Source: a virus (taxonomy: Duplodnaviria > Caudoviricetes). Taken from it: 26,466 bases of DNA. Numbering within the stretch: the stretch's first letter is position 1; each line of letters starts with the position of its first letter. The notes beneath the pieces are model-generated. The model worked only from the letters and a program-made list of their open reading frames with translations. It did no database searches and was not told the DNA's origin. The stretch is taken from the IMG/VR virus record IMGVR_UViG_3300005764_000071, positions 1-26,466 of that record. One strand, given 5' to 3'. Position numbers and translations under genes: made by a program. Of the stretch, positions 6,063 to 14,759 are shown piece by piece.

Positions 6063-7829
6063 TCAGCCATCGTGCCTAATCTTGCCGACGAGCTCGTGGT
6101 CAGCCACGTCGGTTGGATTGCCGGTCGTGACGGTCACCGCAACGCCGCCTTTAGCGCGCACGATTATCTCGACCTCGGGCGCATCTTCGCTCGGCTCGGC
6201 CTCGACAACTTCCGGCGCTTTGACCACAACATCGCCGGCGACCGCGACGGCGATGTCGACCGTCGGAGCGTGCGGCTCCGGCCCTTCCGGCTCTTCCGGC
6301 TCGCCCGGCCCCGGCTCAAGCGGAGGATATGCTTCGACCAGGCCTTGGACCTGCGAGAGCAAATCGCACACGCGCTGCTCAAGGGTCACCTCCCTCCGAT
6401 TGAGCGGCCCCCAATGCGCCCGCCGCAGCCGCACGCCCACGCCGGTCATCAGCACGGCGAACGCCGGACAGTATTTCGCCAGCCATTGGTAATAGGTGCC
6501 GAGGCCGGTGCCATAGGTTTCGACCTCCGCAGCCTTGATCGGCACGTCGATGGCGAAGCTCTCGCGCAGGCCGTTTGGATCGGCACGGTATTCCTCGAAA
6601 AGCTTTTTAATCTCATTCGAAGCAGTGCTGAGATTCCACGACGCTTGAAACAAACCTGCCTCGCACGTGTCTGCCGTGGTGTTCTGTGCCCCCGGGTCCT
6701 TGCCCTTCCAATGGTTACCGGTCGATTCGCGCATGCCCAAGCCGACGAGCAGCGCGAATAAGTGCCGCAATGTATCGAGCCCGGCCTTGTCGTTGCGCAT
6801 GCCAAGCTTGGCGAATTCAGCCTTGTAATGCGTCAGCGCGTCCTTGGTGGGATCGCCGGTTTCGGCCATCGCCATGATGGTGGCAGCACCATCGCCTCGG
6901 TTATAGCGCTCGACCGCGAGCGCAAACGTCTTGGCCATGCCGAGGTAATAGCCACCCGGCGCGCGCCCGCGATTCGGCCAAGTGATCCCGTTCACGCCGC
7001 TGCGGATCACCGCTTGGTCGATGGCGCCCTCGAGCTCCTCGGCGATGCCGTCGTCGCCGGCATCGATGCGAAGCTCGAGCTCGTCCAGCAGCCGCCACGT
7101 CGTCGCGCCAACAACGCCGTCGGCGCTCACGCTGTGGGCACGTTGAAACGCCTTCACGCCCGCTTCAGTGGTCGGGCCGAAATCATTGTCATTCGGCAAC
7201 CCGAGGATGGTTTGGACTTTGCCAACATGCGCATTCTTGTCGCCGCGCTTGACCACCGGGCGCTGGCCGGGCGGCGGTTCCGGTGGCGGTGGCGTTGTCG
7301 GCACGCCGCCGATCGCCTCGGCGATGCCAGCGGCGATGCGAGAAAAATTCGTGCGGTAGAGGTCGGCGTCGATCTTGGCATCAACGAAACAGACCTCGAG
7401 CAGGATGGCGTTGGTGAGACCGTTGAGGAAGGCGAGATTATTGCGGACCTTTGCCCCTCTGTTCGTAAGCGTTGCGGCCTTGCCAATAGCTTGCGAGACC
7501 TTGCTCGCGAGCGGCTGGTTGCGCTTGTAGCAAACCTCGACGCCCATGTTGCGGGTGGTCGTCGGCTGGAAGGCGTTGAAGTGGATCGAAACGTCGAGCG
7601 AGCGCGTCTGCTTTTTGTGCCAGCTTACGATCGTCGAGAGGTTGGCACTGACGGTCTTGCTTGTGTCGTCATTGAAAGTGCTAACCGAATGTCCGGTGCC
7701 TCTAAGAATGCGCGCGAGCTCGGCGAGAAGGCGGCGGGCCTCATCGACTTCGTCGAGCCCCCATCCGGCCGGGCCTTTTGCCCCTCTGACAAACTTGCCG
7801 TGACCCGAGCTTAGCGCGAACGAGGCCAT
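6063..7829 (-). CDS. Modular endolysin: Amidase_3 + PG_binding_1 + lysozyme-like domain
   Basis: SSGHG, SIHFNA, LLEVCFVD amidase motifs; Pro linker; DNDFGPTTEAGVKAFQ...DGVVGATTW PG-binding; MRES...EAGLFQ lysozyme/transglycosylase-like motif. Confidence 0.9.
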   Translation of the reverse strand: MASFALSSGHGKFVRGAKGPAGWGLDEVDEARRLLAELARILRGTGHSVSTFNDDTSKTVSANLSTIVSWHKKQTRSLDVSIHFNAFQPTTTRNMGVEVCYKRNQPLASKVSQAIGKAATLTNRGAKVRNNLAFLNGLTNAILLEVCFVDAKIDADLYRTNFSRIAAGIAEAIGGVPTTPPPPEPPPGQRPVVKRGDKNAHVGKVQTILGLPNDNDFGPTTEAGVKAFQRAHSVSADGVVGATTWRLLDELELRIDAGDDGIAEELEGAIDQAVIRSGVNGITWPNRGRAPGGYYLGMAKTFALAVERYNRGDGAATIMAMAETGDPTKDALTHYKAEFAKLGMRNDKAGLDTLRHLFALLVGLGMRESTGNHWKGKDPGAQNTTADTCEAGLFQASWNLSTASNEIKKLFEEYRADPNGLRESFAIDVPIKAAEVETYGTGLGTYYQWLAKYCPAFAVLMTGVGVRLRRAHWGPLNRREVTLEQRVCDLLSQVQGLVEAYPPLEPGPGEPEEPEGPEPHAPTVDIAVAVAGDVVVKAPEVVEAEPSEDAPEVEIIVRAKGGVAVTVTTGNPTDVADHELVGKIRHDG

Positions 7830-7832
7830 CGT

Positions 7833-8075
7833 TTACCTCTGCGGTGGCGGTGCCGGATAGCAATTTGCCAAAAGCTCGCCGACGTATTTGCGATTCTCGT
7901 AGAGCAACTCCGTTTCTTTTTGCCGCTCTTGGTGTGCCACAACGCCCGCATAATAGAGATAGGCCAGCAAAAAGAAGTTCATCAACACCATCGCCAGCGT
8001 GAACGGCTGCGCTTTGAATGCGTCGATCAGGCTGCGCGCGGTTTGGCCAGCTTCCTCTGGGACGCCAGGATTCAC
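7833..8075 (-). CDS. Single-TM protein upstream of endolysin, possible lysis accessory
   Basis: PFTLAMVLMNFFLLAYLYY TM then charged helix; tight packing with neighbours. Confidence 0.75.
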   Translation of the reverse strand: MNPGVPEEAGQTARSLIDAFKAQPFTLAMVLMNFFLLAYLYYAGVVAHQERQKETELLYENRKYVGELLANCYPAPPPQR

Positions 8076-8078
8076 TTG

Positions 8079-8453
8079 TTACCCTTTGGCCGCGTTGTCA
8101 TGACTTGCATTCTCCAATTCCTTCAATCGCGCTGCTGGCGTCTCTGTTCCGATCTTGGTCTCTGGATCAGTTGTGTATCGCGGTGCTGCAAATGGCCCGT
8201 AGACGAGATGATGTGGTACGAAATTTGGGAACGGAATTTCATGCGGGAGTGGAGGCGGATAATCCGCATGATACTCGTCGGCGAGCGGCGCGCGTGGCGT
8301 GATTGCAGCACCGTCGCCGGGTGAACATGGTGGCGGATCGACGGCTGCGTCGGTCGGCCCCGGCGGTGCGATCTGCCACGCCGCGTGCGGCATCGGTGTC
8401 GGCGTTGTTAAAGCAGTCGACGGTGTTGGGTCTTTGCCGTTTCCATCAGTCAT
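8079..8453 (-). CDS. Pro-rich hypothetical protein (124 aa)
   Basis: GAGGTGA SD; fills gap between fibre and lysis genes. Confidence 0.7.
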   Translation of the reverse strand: MTDGNGKDPTPSTALTTPTPMPHAAWQIAPPGPTDAAVDPPPCSPGDGAAITPRAPLADEYHADYPPPLPHEIPFPNFVPHHLVYGPFAAPRYTTDPETKIGTETPAARLKELENASHDNAAKG

Positions 8454-8468
8454 TTTTGATCACCTCGC

Positions 8469-9896
8469 TTAACCGGGCACAACGATTGCACCGAGGCCGA
8501 ACACGCCGGGAATGGTACCGGGGATGGGGCCGGTTGCTTGGGACAGGTTGTGATAGAAAATCGAGTTGGTGTTGACGGCGTATTGCATTCCCGTGACCCC
8601 GCCCCAAGCATTGCTGCCGGGGCCGCCAAAAGTTGCCGCCGAGAGTGTGTTCATCCCGAGATATGCCGATACGCAATGAAAATTGTTGCTGATTAACATG
8701 CCTCCTATCAGGCCACCCCAAACGCCGCGTGACATGGTCACGGCGCCTGCGAGAGTATTGCCATTGCCCTGAAACCATGTGTTCGTACCTGGACTTTCGT
8801 CAAAGGCGAGAAGACTGTCCCGAATATCAATAAAATATCCCAACGGATTTGAAGCGAGTGCCTCGAAAGCGCAATTTCGAGTAGCGAGAGTTGTGTTATG
8901 TCCAACGAGTAGCGATCGCGCGTTCTGGCCTGCATTCATTAAAAGCATGTTTATGCCAGTTAACACGACGTTGTTGCAGCCCATGAAGGCAAGTGCGGTC
9001 CAGATACTTTCGCCAACGTAATACCTACTGAGAATGCGATAATCCCATCGCGATCCGCCACCCCACCCACCCGCGTCGCTTCCGCCGCCTGTAATCGAGA
9101 GATTGCTTCCAAATGGACCAAGGTAGCCAGCTTCGTAATGTCCTGGAATCCCTAATTTGATATTTGCCGTAAACAGCGGCGTTGCCATGAATCGCTCGCC
9201 CACGCTGCGAAACGCGCCATCAATCGTTCTGAAAGCCTTATCAGGTGTGTTACGCGTGCCGTCACCAGTCGCGTCGTTGCCGTCCGTCCTTACCCAGAGG
9301 TCAATTCCTCCTGGTCGAAATTCTGGCGGGATGCGTCCGATGATGTACCAGGCACCATCAAAAAACGCCGCCATAAAAGGTTTGAGCGGAAGTAAATCGC
9401 CGGGTTTGCATTCCGTGCCATCGTGTCTAAAAAGCGGCACATACCCCAAGCCATTCATGTTGAGTCGCACATAACCCTGATTGTAATCAGTGTCCGGCGG
9501 CATGCGCGGGACAAATGTGCAGGTCATAAAATCGGTGTAGCAAGGCGGCGGTGGATCGACGCGGAAAGTAAAGTGCCAAGGGTTCTGTTGAATGAGCATC
9601 GCAGCATGCGGCAGGCCGCGCTGGATCAGATAGCGGACGGCAGTCTCGGCATTTTGTAACGACGATGCACGGTAGCCGAGACCGGCGCGATCGGCGATCG
9701 AGGCAATCTCGCTGATCAGCGAGTTGATCACATGCGGCCGAATGCGGACGTCGCAGGCGTTGCCATAATACAAAGCATCAGTATCGACCGGCAGTCTGTG
9801 CCGATGTAGAAACGCCTGCGCCGGATAGGTCGGCAAATTGGGATTGGCGGGCAGACCACCATCAAAGTCGAGCGGGAAAATGCCTCGGCCGTTCAT
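8469..9896 (-). CDS. Tail spike/fibre: baseplate-anchor domain + putative beta-helix receptor-binding domain
   Basis: N-terminal GIFP..DGG.P...LYYG..C...NSLISE; LWVRTDGNDATGDGT...AFRTIDGA typical of beta-helix starts; Gly/Asn-rich beta C-terminus. Confidence 0.8.
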   Translation of the reverse strand: MNGRGIFPLDFDGGLPANPNLPTYPAQAFLHRHRLPVDTDALYYGNACDVRIRPHVINSLISEIASIADRAGLGYRASSLQNAETAVRYLIQRGLPHAAMLIQQNPWHFTFRVDPPPPCYTDFMTCTFVPRMPPDTDYNQGYVRLNMNGLGYVPLFRHDGTECKPGDLLPLKPFMAAFFDGAWYIIGRIPPEFRPGGIDLWVRTDGNDATGDGTRNTPDKAFRTIDGAFRSVGERFMATPLFTANIKLGIPGHYEAGYLGPFGSNLSITGGGSDAGGWGGGSRWDYRILSRYYVGESIWTALAFMGCNNVVLTGINMLLMNAGQNARSLLVGHNTTLATRNCAFEALASNPLGYFIDIRDSLLAFDESPGTNTWFQGNGNTLAGAVTMSRGVWGGLIGGMLISNNFHCVSAYLGMNTLSAATFGGPGSNAWGGVTGMQYAVNTNSIFYHNLSQATGPIPGTIPGVFGLGAIVVPG

Positions 9897-10495
9897 GCGC
9901 TCACCTTATAAAACCGTCCGGGGACAGGAGGCGCGTTAGCGGGCAATGGACCAAGTGCGGTCGGCGTGAACACTTCGCCGAAGTAACAGCACATAAATGG
10001 CACATTAGCGCGGAGCTCACCGGCAGCCATCTCCGCGCCGGTCTTAGAGAGCAGCGGCGCCTCACCGAGGCGGTTCACGTTGATGCGAACTAGGCCGACG
10101 TTCGCTTGATCGGGCACGAGTGTGAGCGTCATGAAATCGGTATATTTGACCGGTGCAGGGTCGAGCTCAATTGTGTAGAGCGTTGGCGCGCTCTGTCGAA
10201 TCATAACGCCAGAGCGCCCGCGCTCGATCAGATACATAATCGCGGTGACGAGATTTCGCAGCGAGTCAGCACGGTACGCGAAGCCAGCGCGATCGCACAC
10301 CGCTATAACTTCGGAAATGATTGAGTTGAGAACAGGCGCACGAATGCGGATGTCGCAGCCCATGCCGTAATAGAGCGGCGAGGTGTCCGGCGGCATAGCG
10401 TAGTGATCCGGCAGAAACGCCTGCGGCGGATTCTCCGGCGTTTGCGCGTTTGGCGGAATGCCACCGTCCCACGACGCTGGGAAAATGCCGCTCAT
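9893..10495 (-). CDS. Short tail-fibre anchor paralog (200 aa)
   Basis: Colinear similarity to first ~190 aa of 8469-9896 (YTDFMT.T.VP, N.G.VR.N.N.LG..PL). Confidence 0.8.
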   Translation of the reverse strand: MSGIFPASWDGGIPPNAQTPENPPQAFLPDHYAMPPDTSPLYYGMGCDIRIRAPVLNSIISEVIAVCDRAGFAYRADSLRNLVTAIMYLIERGRSGVMIRQSAPTLYTIELDPAPVKYTDFMTLTLVPDQANVGLVRINVNRLGEAPLLSKTGAEMAAGELRANVPFMCCYFGEVFTPTALGPLPANAPPVPGRFYKVSA

Positions 10496-11007
10496 AATGC
10501 TGCTGCCCTTCGCCAGATGTCGTCGACCTGCGCCACCGTCATGCCCATGACTTCGCCGAACTTATCGACTAGCGGATGATTGCGCTCGAATTCGTTCGCG
10601 CCGATCAGCAACATCTCAGCTGCGAATTTTTGATCCGGCGGTAGGGTATCGAGACCTTGCTGCATGCGCGGCGGTATGGTGCCGCGCATCGCCTCCAAAG
10701 CTTCGTCGTAGCTGATCATGCCATAGAGCGCTGCAGCCTGGAAAAATTGTCGGCGCGAGATGATCTGCGGCACAGCCGTTTTCGTCGGATCATGCGCTGC
10801 GATGACGGCGTCGAGGATGCGATTCTGTTCAGTAGTTAGATTCTCGCGGGCGAAAATTTGCCCGTCCGGCGTCCACGAAAGTGGCAAGTTGATGAGTCCG
10901 GCGGCGACGAGTTCCCCGGCAAAGTTCGGCCCAAAAACCGGCGGCGGCTCCGCCATGGGCTGGAACGGAAGGGGTGAGGTTTCGGGCGGCGGCGGCGGTC
11001 CTGGCAT
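10492..11007 (-). CDS. Putative tail-fibre assembly/accessory protein
   Basis: PQIISRRQF...EFERNHPLV...QVDDIWRRAAAL pattern common in small genes following fibre genes. Confidence 0.65.
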   Translation of the reverse strand: MPGPPPPPETSPLPFQPMAEPPPVFGPNFAGELVAAGLINLPLSWTPDGQIFARENLTTEQNRILDAVIAAHDPTKTAVPQIISRRQFFQAAALYGMISYDEALEAMRGTIPPRMQQGLDTLPPDQKFAAEMLLIGANEFERNHPLVDKFGEVMGMTVAQVDDIWRRAAAL

Positions 11008-11020
11008 TGGTCTCTTTTCC

Positions 11021-12754
11021 CTAGGTGAACAGCAGCGCTGATGCAGCGAGGCGAAACATCGACCAATTCATTCCACCAGCTACGCCACCCAATGGCGTGA
11101 AGTAGTGGTAACCCTCAGGCACCGGAGTCACCGCAAAACCGCCCAACGGTATGCCTTCCTGTAGAGTGTTGGTGCCTTGCAGCGTGGATGGCATTACGGG
11201 ATTCGGGCCGTCGATGCCGATCATCGCGAAAGCGCTGCCGTTGGCTGCTCCTCCTGGCACGGTAACAGGCCAAGCCGAGCCCGTTAACCCAACCGGAATC
11301 GTGGCATCCCAACTCACGAACTCGATTCGTCCTTCAGGATTGATCTCTATCGCATTTGCAGCCGAGGTTGTCGCACCGTCCGTATGCGGGCCTGCTAGTC
11401 CTTTCAAGCTGCGATTGAACCATGAGGCGACGAAGCGCTGGCGCAGATCGTCAGCAAATTGCGCAGAGATAGTCGTTCGTATCAACCCGATTACAGTTTG
11501 GTTATCGTCCGGCGGCATGAGAGGCGATGACGACAAAGGTAATTCTGGCGGGAGAATGTAGCCAACATCCGCTGCTGTGGCTCCCCCGAATTGCGGTGGC
11601 TGAATCAGGCGCGGAACGTAGCGCGAGTGCCCGACTGTCAAGCGCGCGCTGCAGATGTTGCCAGCATGACCATAATCGGTATTGAGCACCGCATGTCCGA
11701 GGAGGAAGGGCTGCACAAGGTCGGAAACCGCAACCGGAGATGTGGCAAGGTTTCTAACCGCGCCGTCGAGCGCTGCAAAAAGTTGGTTTCCGCGACGGAA
11801 TAGGGCAAAGTGATGCCACGTTGGCGGCTGGGCAAGAGGCCGCAGACCGATAGCAGCATTGGTAACGCCGAGGCCGGGAAATCGAACATAGAGCCAAGGC
11901 GCGCCAGCAAATTGCACCTCCGCGCGCCACACGTTGCCAGGAGCTTGAACGAGCGTGGTCCAGTTATTCGTGTTGGTGAAATAGCATTCGAAGCAAAAGT
12001 CTTGTGTGCCGAGCGCCAAATGCGGACCTGCGGGCACCTCAAGCCGTCCGCCGGCCTGAAACCATGGGCCTATTGTGAGCGGGAACAGAATGCTCGTTTG
12101 CATTCCCGGCGGGCCGCTGGTGCTGTAGCGCGGCTGAAAGCCGGCCGCCGTCTGGGCATTCCCGATTGTGAGGTTGTTCGGTCCCTGATCAAGATACGTC
12201 ATCGTCCCATCAGGAGCGTTGTCATTGCCGATCAGAAAGCGAACCTGATTCCATAACGGATCACCACGCGCGATGATTTCTGTACCTTCATTGCCGGGAG
12301 TCGTGCTCGCCATGTGAGAGGCATCTGTAAACGGTACAAAGTTCGGTGCTAATTCGTCACCGCTAGGACCGGGTACCGTCGTCAAGCACACGTAATAGGT
12401 TCTGTTGGCAGAAAGATTACCCACCACGCCGTCAACCAGCACATTAGTGTTGGGAATAGCAATGCCATCTGGCGGGAGAAACCAAACGTGGCCGTTATGC
12501 TTGACCTCCGACAGGCCGCGGAACCCCGAAAATCTCAACTCAGTCGGCGATATGTAAGACAGCAAGCCACCGAGCAACGTAACTGTTGAAGTGGGGCCGC
12601 GACCAATCTCGCGGCGGCCGAGTGCATCAATCGATGTTGGAACGCCGACCCACAGTCGTGGCGGATCACTTGCCATCTCGACCGAAAGTTGCCCCGGTAG
12701 CAATCCTACTGGCGGATTATCCGGCGTCGCCGTGCGGCGGATTTGAATCGGCAT
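11021..12754 (-). CDS. Receptor-binding fibre protein with ConA/LamG-like lectin domain
   Basis: Mtd_N-like start MPIQIRRT...LLPGQL; LGTQDFCFECY...WHHFALFRRGNQLFAALDG...GNICSARLTVG LamG-like motifs. Confidence 0.8.
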   Translation of the reverse strand: MPIQIRRTATPDNPPVGLLPGQLSVEMASDPPRLWVGVPTSIDALGRREIGRGPTSTVTLLGGLLSYISPTELRFSGFRGLSEVKHNGHVWFLPPDGIAIPNTNVLVDGVVGNLSANRTYYVCLTTVPGPSGDELAPNFVPFTDASHMASTTPGNEGTEIIARGDPLWNQVRFLIGNDNAPDGTMTYLDQGPNNLTIGNAQTAAGFQPRYSTSGPPGMQTSILFPLTIGPWFQAGGRLEVPAGPHLALGTQDFCFECYFTNTNNWTTLVQAPGNVWRAEVQFAGAPWLYVRFPGLGVTNAAIGLRPLAQPPTWHHFALFRRGNQLFAALDGAVRNLATSPVAVSDLVQPFLLGHAVLNTDYGHAGNICSARLTVGHSRYVPRLIQPPQFGGATAADVGYILPPELPLSSSPLMPPDDNQTVIGLIRTTISAQFADDLRQRFVASWFNRSLKGLAGPHTDGATTSAANAIEINPEGRIEFVSWDATIPVGLTGSAWPVTVPGGAANGSAFAMIGIDGPNPVMPSTLQGTNTLQEGIPLGGFAVTPVPEGYHYFTPLGGVAGGMNWSMFRLAASALLFT

Positions 12755-13104
12755 CAGTCGTACTCTCCGTCGTCAACCGCCAGCTTGACCCATGCGCTAC
12801 CACTGCGCAGGCTCAGCTCGTTGGTTGTGCTATTCCACCACAACGAGAACGGCGGCGGATTGGCGGGAGCGCTGGACGCGACAATCGGCACGTGCACCCA
12901 ATCGCCGTTGGAACGCCCATACACCGCATCGTCTTCGGCGTCCTCGACGGCAGTGCCGACAAACAACTCCTCCACGCCGCTCGGCGTGCCGATCCACCCG
13001 CGGACAGGACGGTCATTCAAACCCCAAGCGGTTTCACCCTCCGCCAACGTTGCCGGCGGCTTGTCCGAGTCCGTCGTGCGTTTAAGCTTGATCACTTGCG
13101 TCAA
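12754..13104 (-). CDS. Short fibre adaptor protein (116 aa)
   Basis: VIKLKRT..PATLAEGE N-domain, foldon-like DAEDDAVYGRSNGDW, WWNSTTNEL repeat, C-terminal DDGEYD. Confidence 0.8.
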   Translation of the reverse strand: MTQVIKLKRTTDSDKPPATLAEGETAWGLNDRPVRGWIGTPSGVEELFVGTAVEDAEDDAVYGRSNGDWVHVPIVASSAPANPPPFSLWWNSTTNELSLRSGSAWVKLAVDDGEYD

Positions 13105-14480
13105 TAAGTGCCCCCGTCGACAAGAGCGACCTCGAGCGGATCACCGCTCGTTCCGTCGCCAACGATCGACACGTCATCAACGGCAACCGTGCTCAAGGCA
13201 TTCGCCGCAAGCGCGAAGATTCCGGCCAAAGCCGTCTGCACATTCGTCCATGGCTGTGAATCGAGGGTCGTGATGCCGACGTTCGCGGCAGTTATAGCCA
13301 CGTGATACAGCGGAACGTGTATCCACGCCGAGCCGGTGGATACGATCCAGTCTCCGGCCTCCATCGCGACTGCCGGAGCTGCAGGAGCACCAGTGCCGGC
13401 CACTGTGACGATGACAAACCAGCCTTGATTCGTGCCGGATGCTGCGGGTAGTGGTTGGCCAACCGTGAGCGTGCCGGTGTCGGCCGACACGACCTCGTTG
13501 TCGTTGGCGTCGTAATTGCCGACAAAGCGCAACGCGCCGGCGATCGCGCTAAGCTGGCTTGTGAGCGTATCGACGTCGGCAACCAACTCATTGATTGCAG
13601 GGACAACGGTCTTTGCCGTTGTGTCGAGGTTGGCCGCGGCGTCGCCCATCTGTGAGCGCAAGCCCGCGCTGTCGATTGGGAAAACAGTGTTGGTGCCGGT
13701 GGCGATCTGTGCGGTTGTCGCCATCGTGACGCCGAGCGGGGTGGCGCTCTGGCCGTCGCCGGTGATCGGAGGATCGGTGGCGACGCCCGCGAAACCGGGT
13801 AGGGTTGCTGCTGTCCAGGCGCCACTGATGTAGACTTGCGGTCCCGTGCTCGACCACCAAATGTCACCCTCGACAGGATTGGCTGGCGCGGTCCCTCCTG
13901 TACCGCTGCGATTGCCGGTAACAGCAACCCAGGCTGTCCCGTTCCAGACTGAGAGCACGTTGGTCGTGGAGTTGAGCCACAGCTTTCCGATTGATGGTGT
14001 GCTGGGCGCAGCCGCTGCAACGGTCACGTTGGGAATGATCCAAGCGGTCCCATTCCAAACGCGCAGCTCGTTATTCGTTGTGTTGTACCAGACATCGCCA
14101 GCGTCCGGCGTACCGGGCGCGGTCGGGCCGATCTCGACGCCTTTTGATGGCGCTATCCAATCCAAGGCACCTGCGCCATCGGTTGACAGAACGTCGCCAT
14201 CGTTGCCGCCGCCGATGTCTAGGTGAGTCGGGTCAGCGGCAATGATTAAACCGGTAAAAGTCTTATTGCCGGCGACAGATTGATCGCCGCTGACCTCGAC
14301 TTGGCGAGCAGCAGAAACAAGGGTCCTGACCGCAGCGCCGTCGCCGATGTAGAGGTCGGCAACGCCAGCGGCGCTGATCGCCACCGCGGGCTCGCCCGCG
14401 ATGACTTGTCCGGGACCTGTGCCGGATGCCGGTGCGCCGGTACCCGGGATTCGTCTCTTGAACTGAATGATCTGTGGCAT
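13101..14480 (-). CDS. Tail fibre protein (459 aa)
   Basis: IIQFKRR N-motif; three P-x-x-G-x-x-W...W repeats; LDTTAKTVVPAINEL; C-terminal VDGGTY; AGGAGG SD. Confidence 0.85.
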   Translation of the reverse strand: MPQIIQFKRRIPGTGAPASGTGPGQVIAGEPAVAISAAGVADLYIGDGAAVRTLVSAARQVEVSGDQSVAGNKTFTGLIIAADPTHLDIGGGNDGDVLSTDGAGALDWIAPSKGVEIGPTAPGTPDAGDVWYNTTNNELRVWNGTAWIIPNVTVAAAAPSTPSIGKLWLNSTTNVLSVWNGTAWVAVTGNRSGTGGTAPANPVEGDIWWSSTGPQVYISGAWTAATLPGFAGVATDPPITGDGQSATPLGVTMATTAQIATGTNTVFPIDSAGLRSQMGDAAANLDTTAKTVVPAINELVADVDTLTSQLSAIAGALRFVGNYDANDNEVVSADTGTLTVGQPLPAASGTNQGWFVIVTVAGTGAPAAPAVAMEAGDWIVSTGSAWIHVPLYHVAITAANVGITTLDSQPWTNVQTALAGIFALAANALSTVAVDDVSIVGDGTSGDPLEVALVDGGTY

Positions 14481-14495
14481 TTCCGTTGCCTCCTG

Positions 14496-14759
14496 CTAGT
14501 AGATTCCCCCATCAACTCGCGGCATCGACAGGGGGTCTGCTGCCGTGCCATTGCCAGTGAGCGTGTGATCGGTTGTTACGAACGTAAGATCGCCAGGCGG
14601 CCCCTGCGGCCCGGGCTCTCCCTGCGGCCCTGGCGGCCCAATGATCCAACTGCCAAGGTTGGGTCGGGATGGCCGCAGCGGCGGAATGCAAATCGGTGCG
14701 GGCGGCGGACAGCGTGTGTAACAGCCGGCCTCATCGCGCATGTAGAACGCGCTGCTCAT
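14496..14759 (-). CDS. Small collagen-repeat fibre protein (87 aa)
   Basis: ATGA-coupled start MSSAFY; Cys/Pro N-terminus; GPPGPQGEPGPQGPPG; LTGNGTAADPL; C-terminal VDGGIY. Confidence 0.8.
   Translation of the reverse strand: MSSAFYMRDEAGCYTRCPPPAPICIPPLRPSRPNLGSWIIGPPGPQGEPGPQGPPGDLTFVTTDHTLTGNGTAADPLSMPRVDGGIY

Noticed and set aside
6015-7814. Long + strand ORFs (248 and 350 aa) opposite the endolysin, and similar ones opposite tail genes
   Set aside because: Antisense shadow frames expected from GC-rich codon bias.
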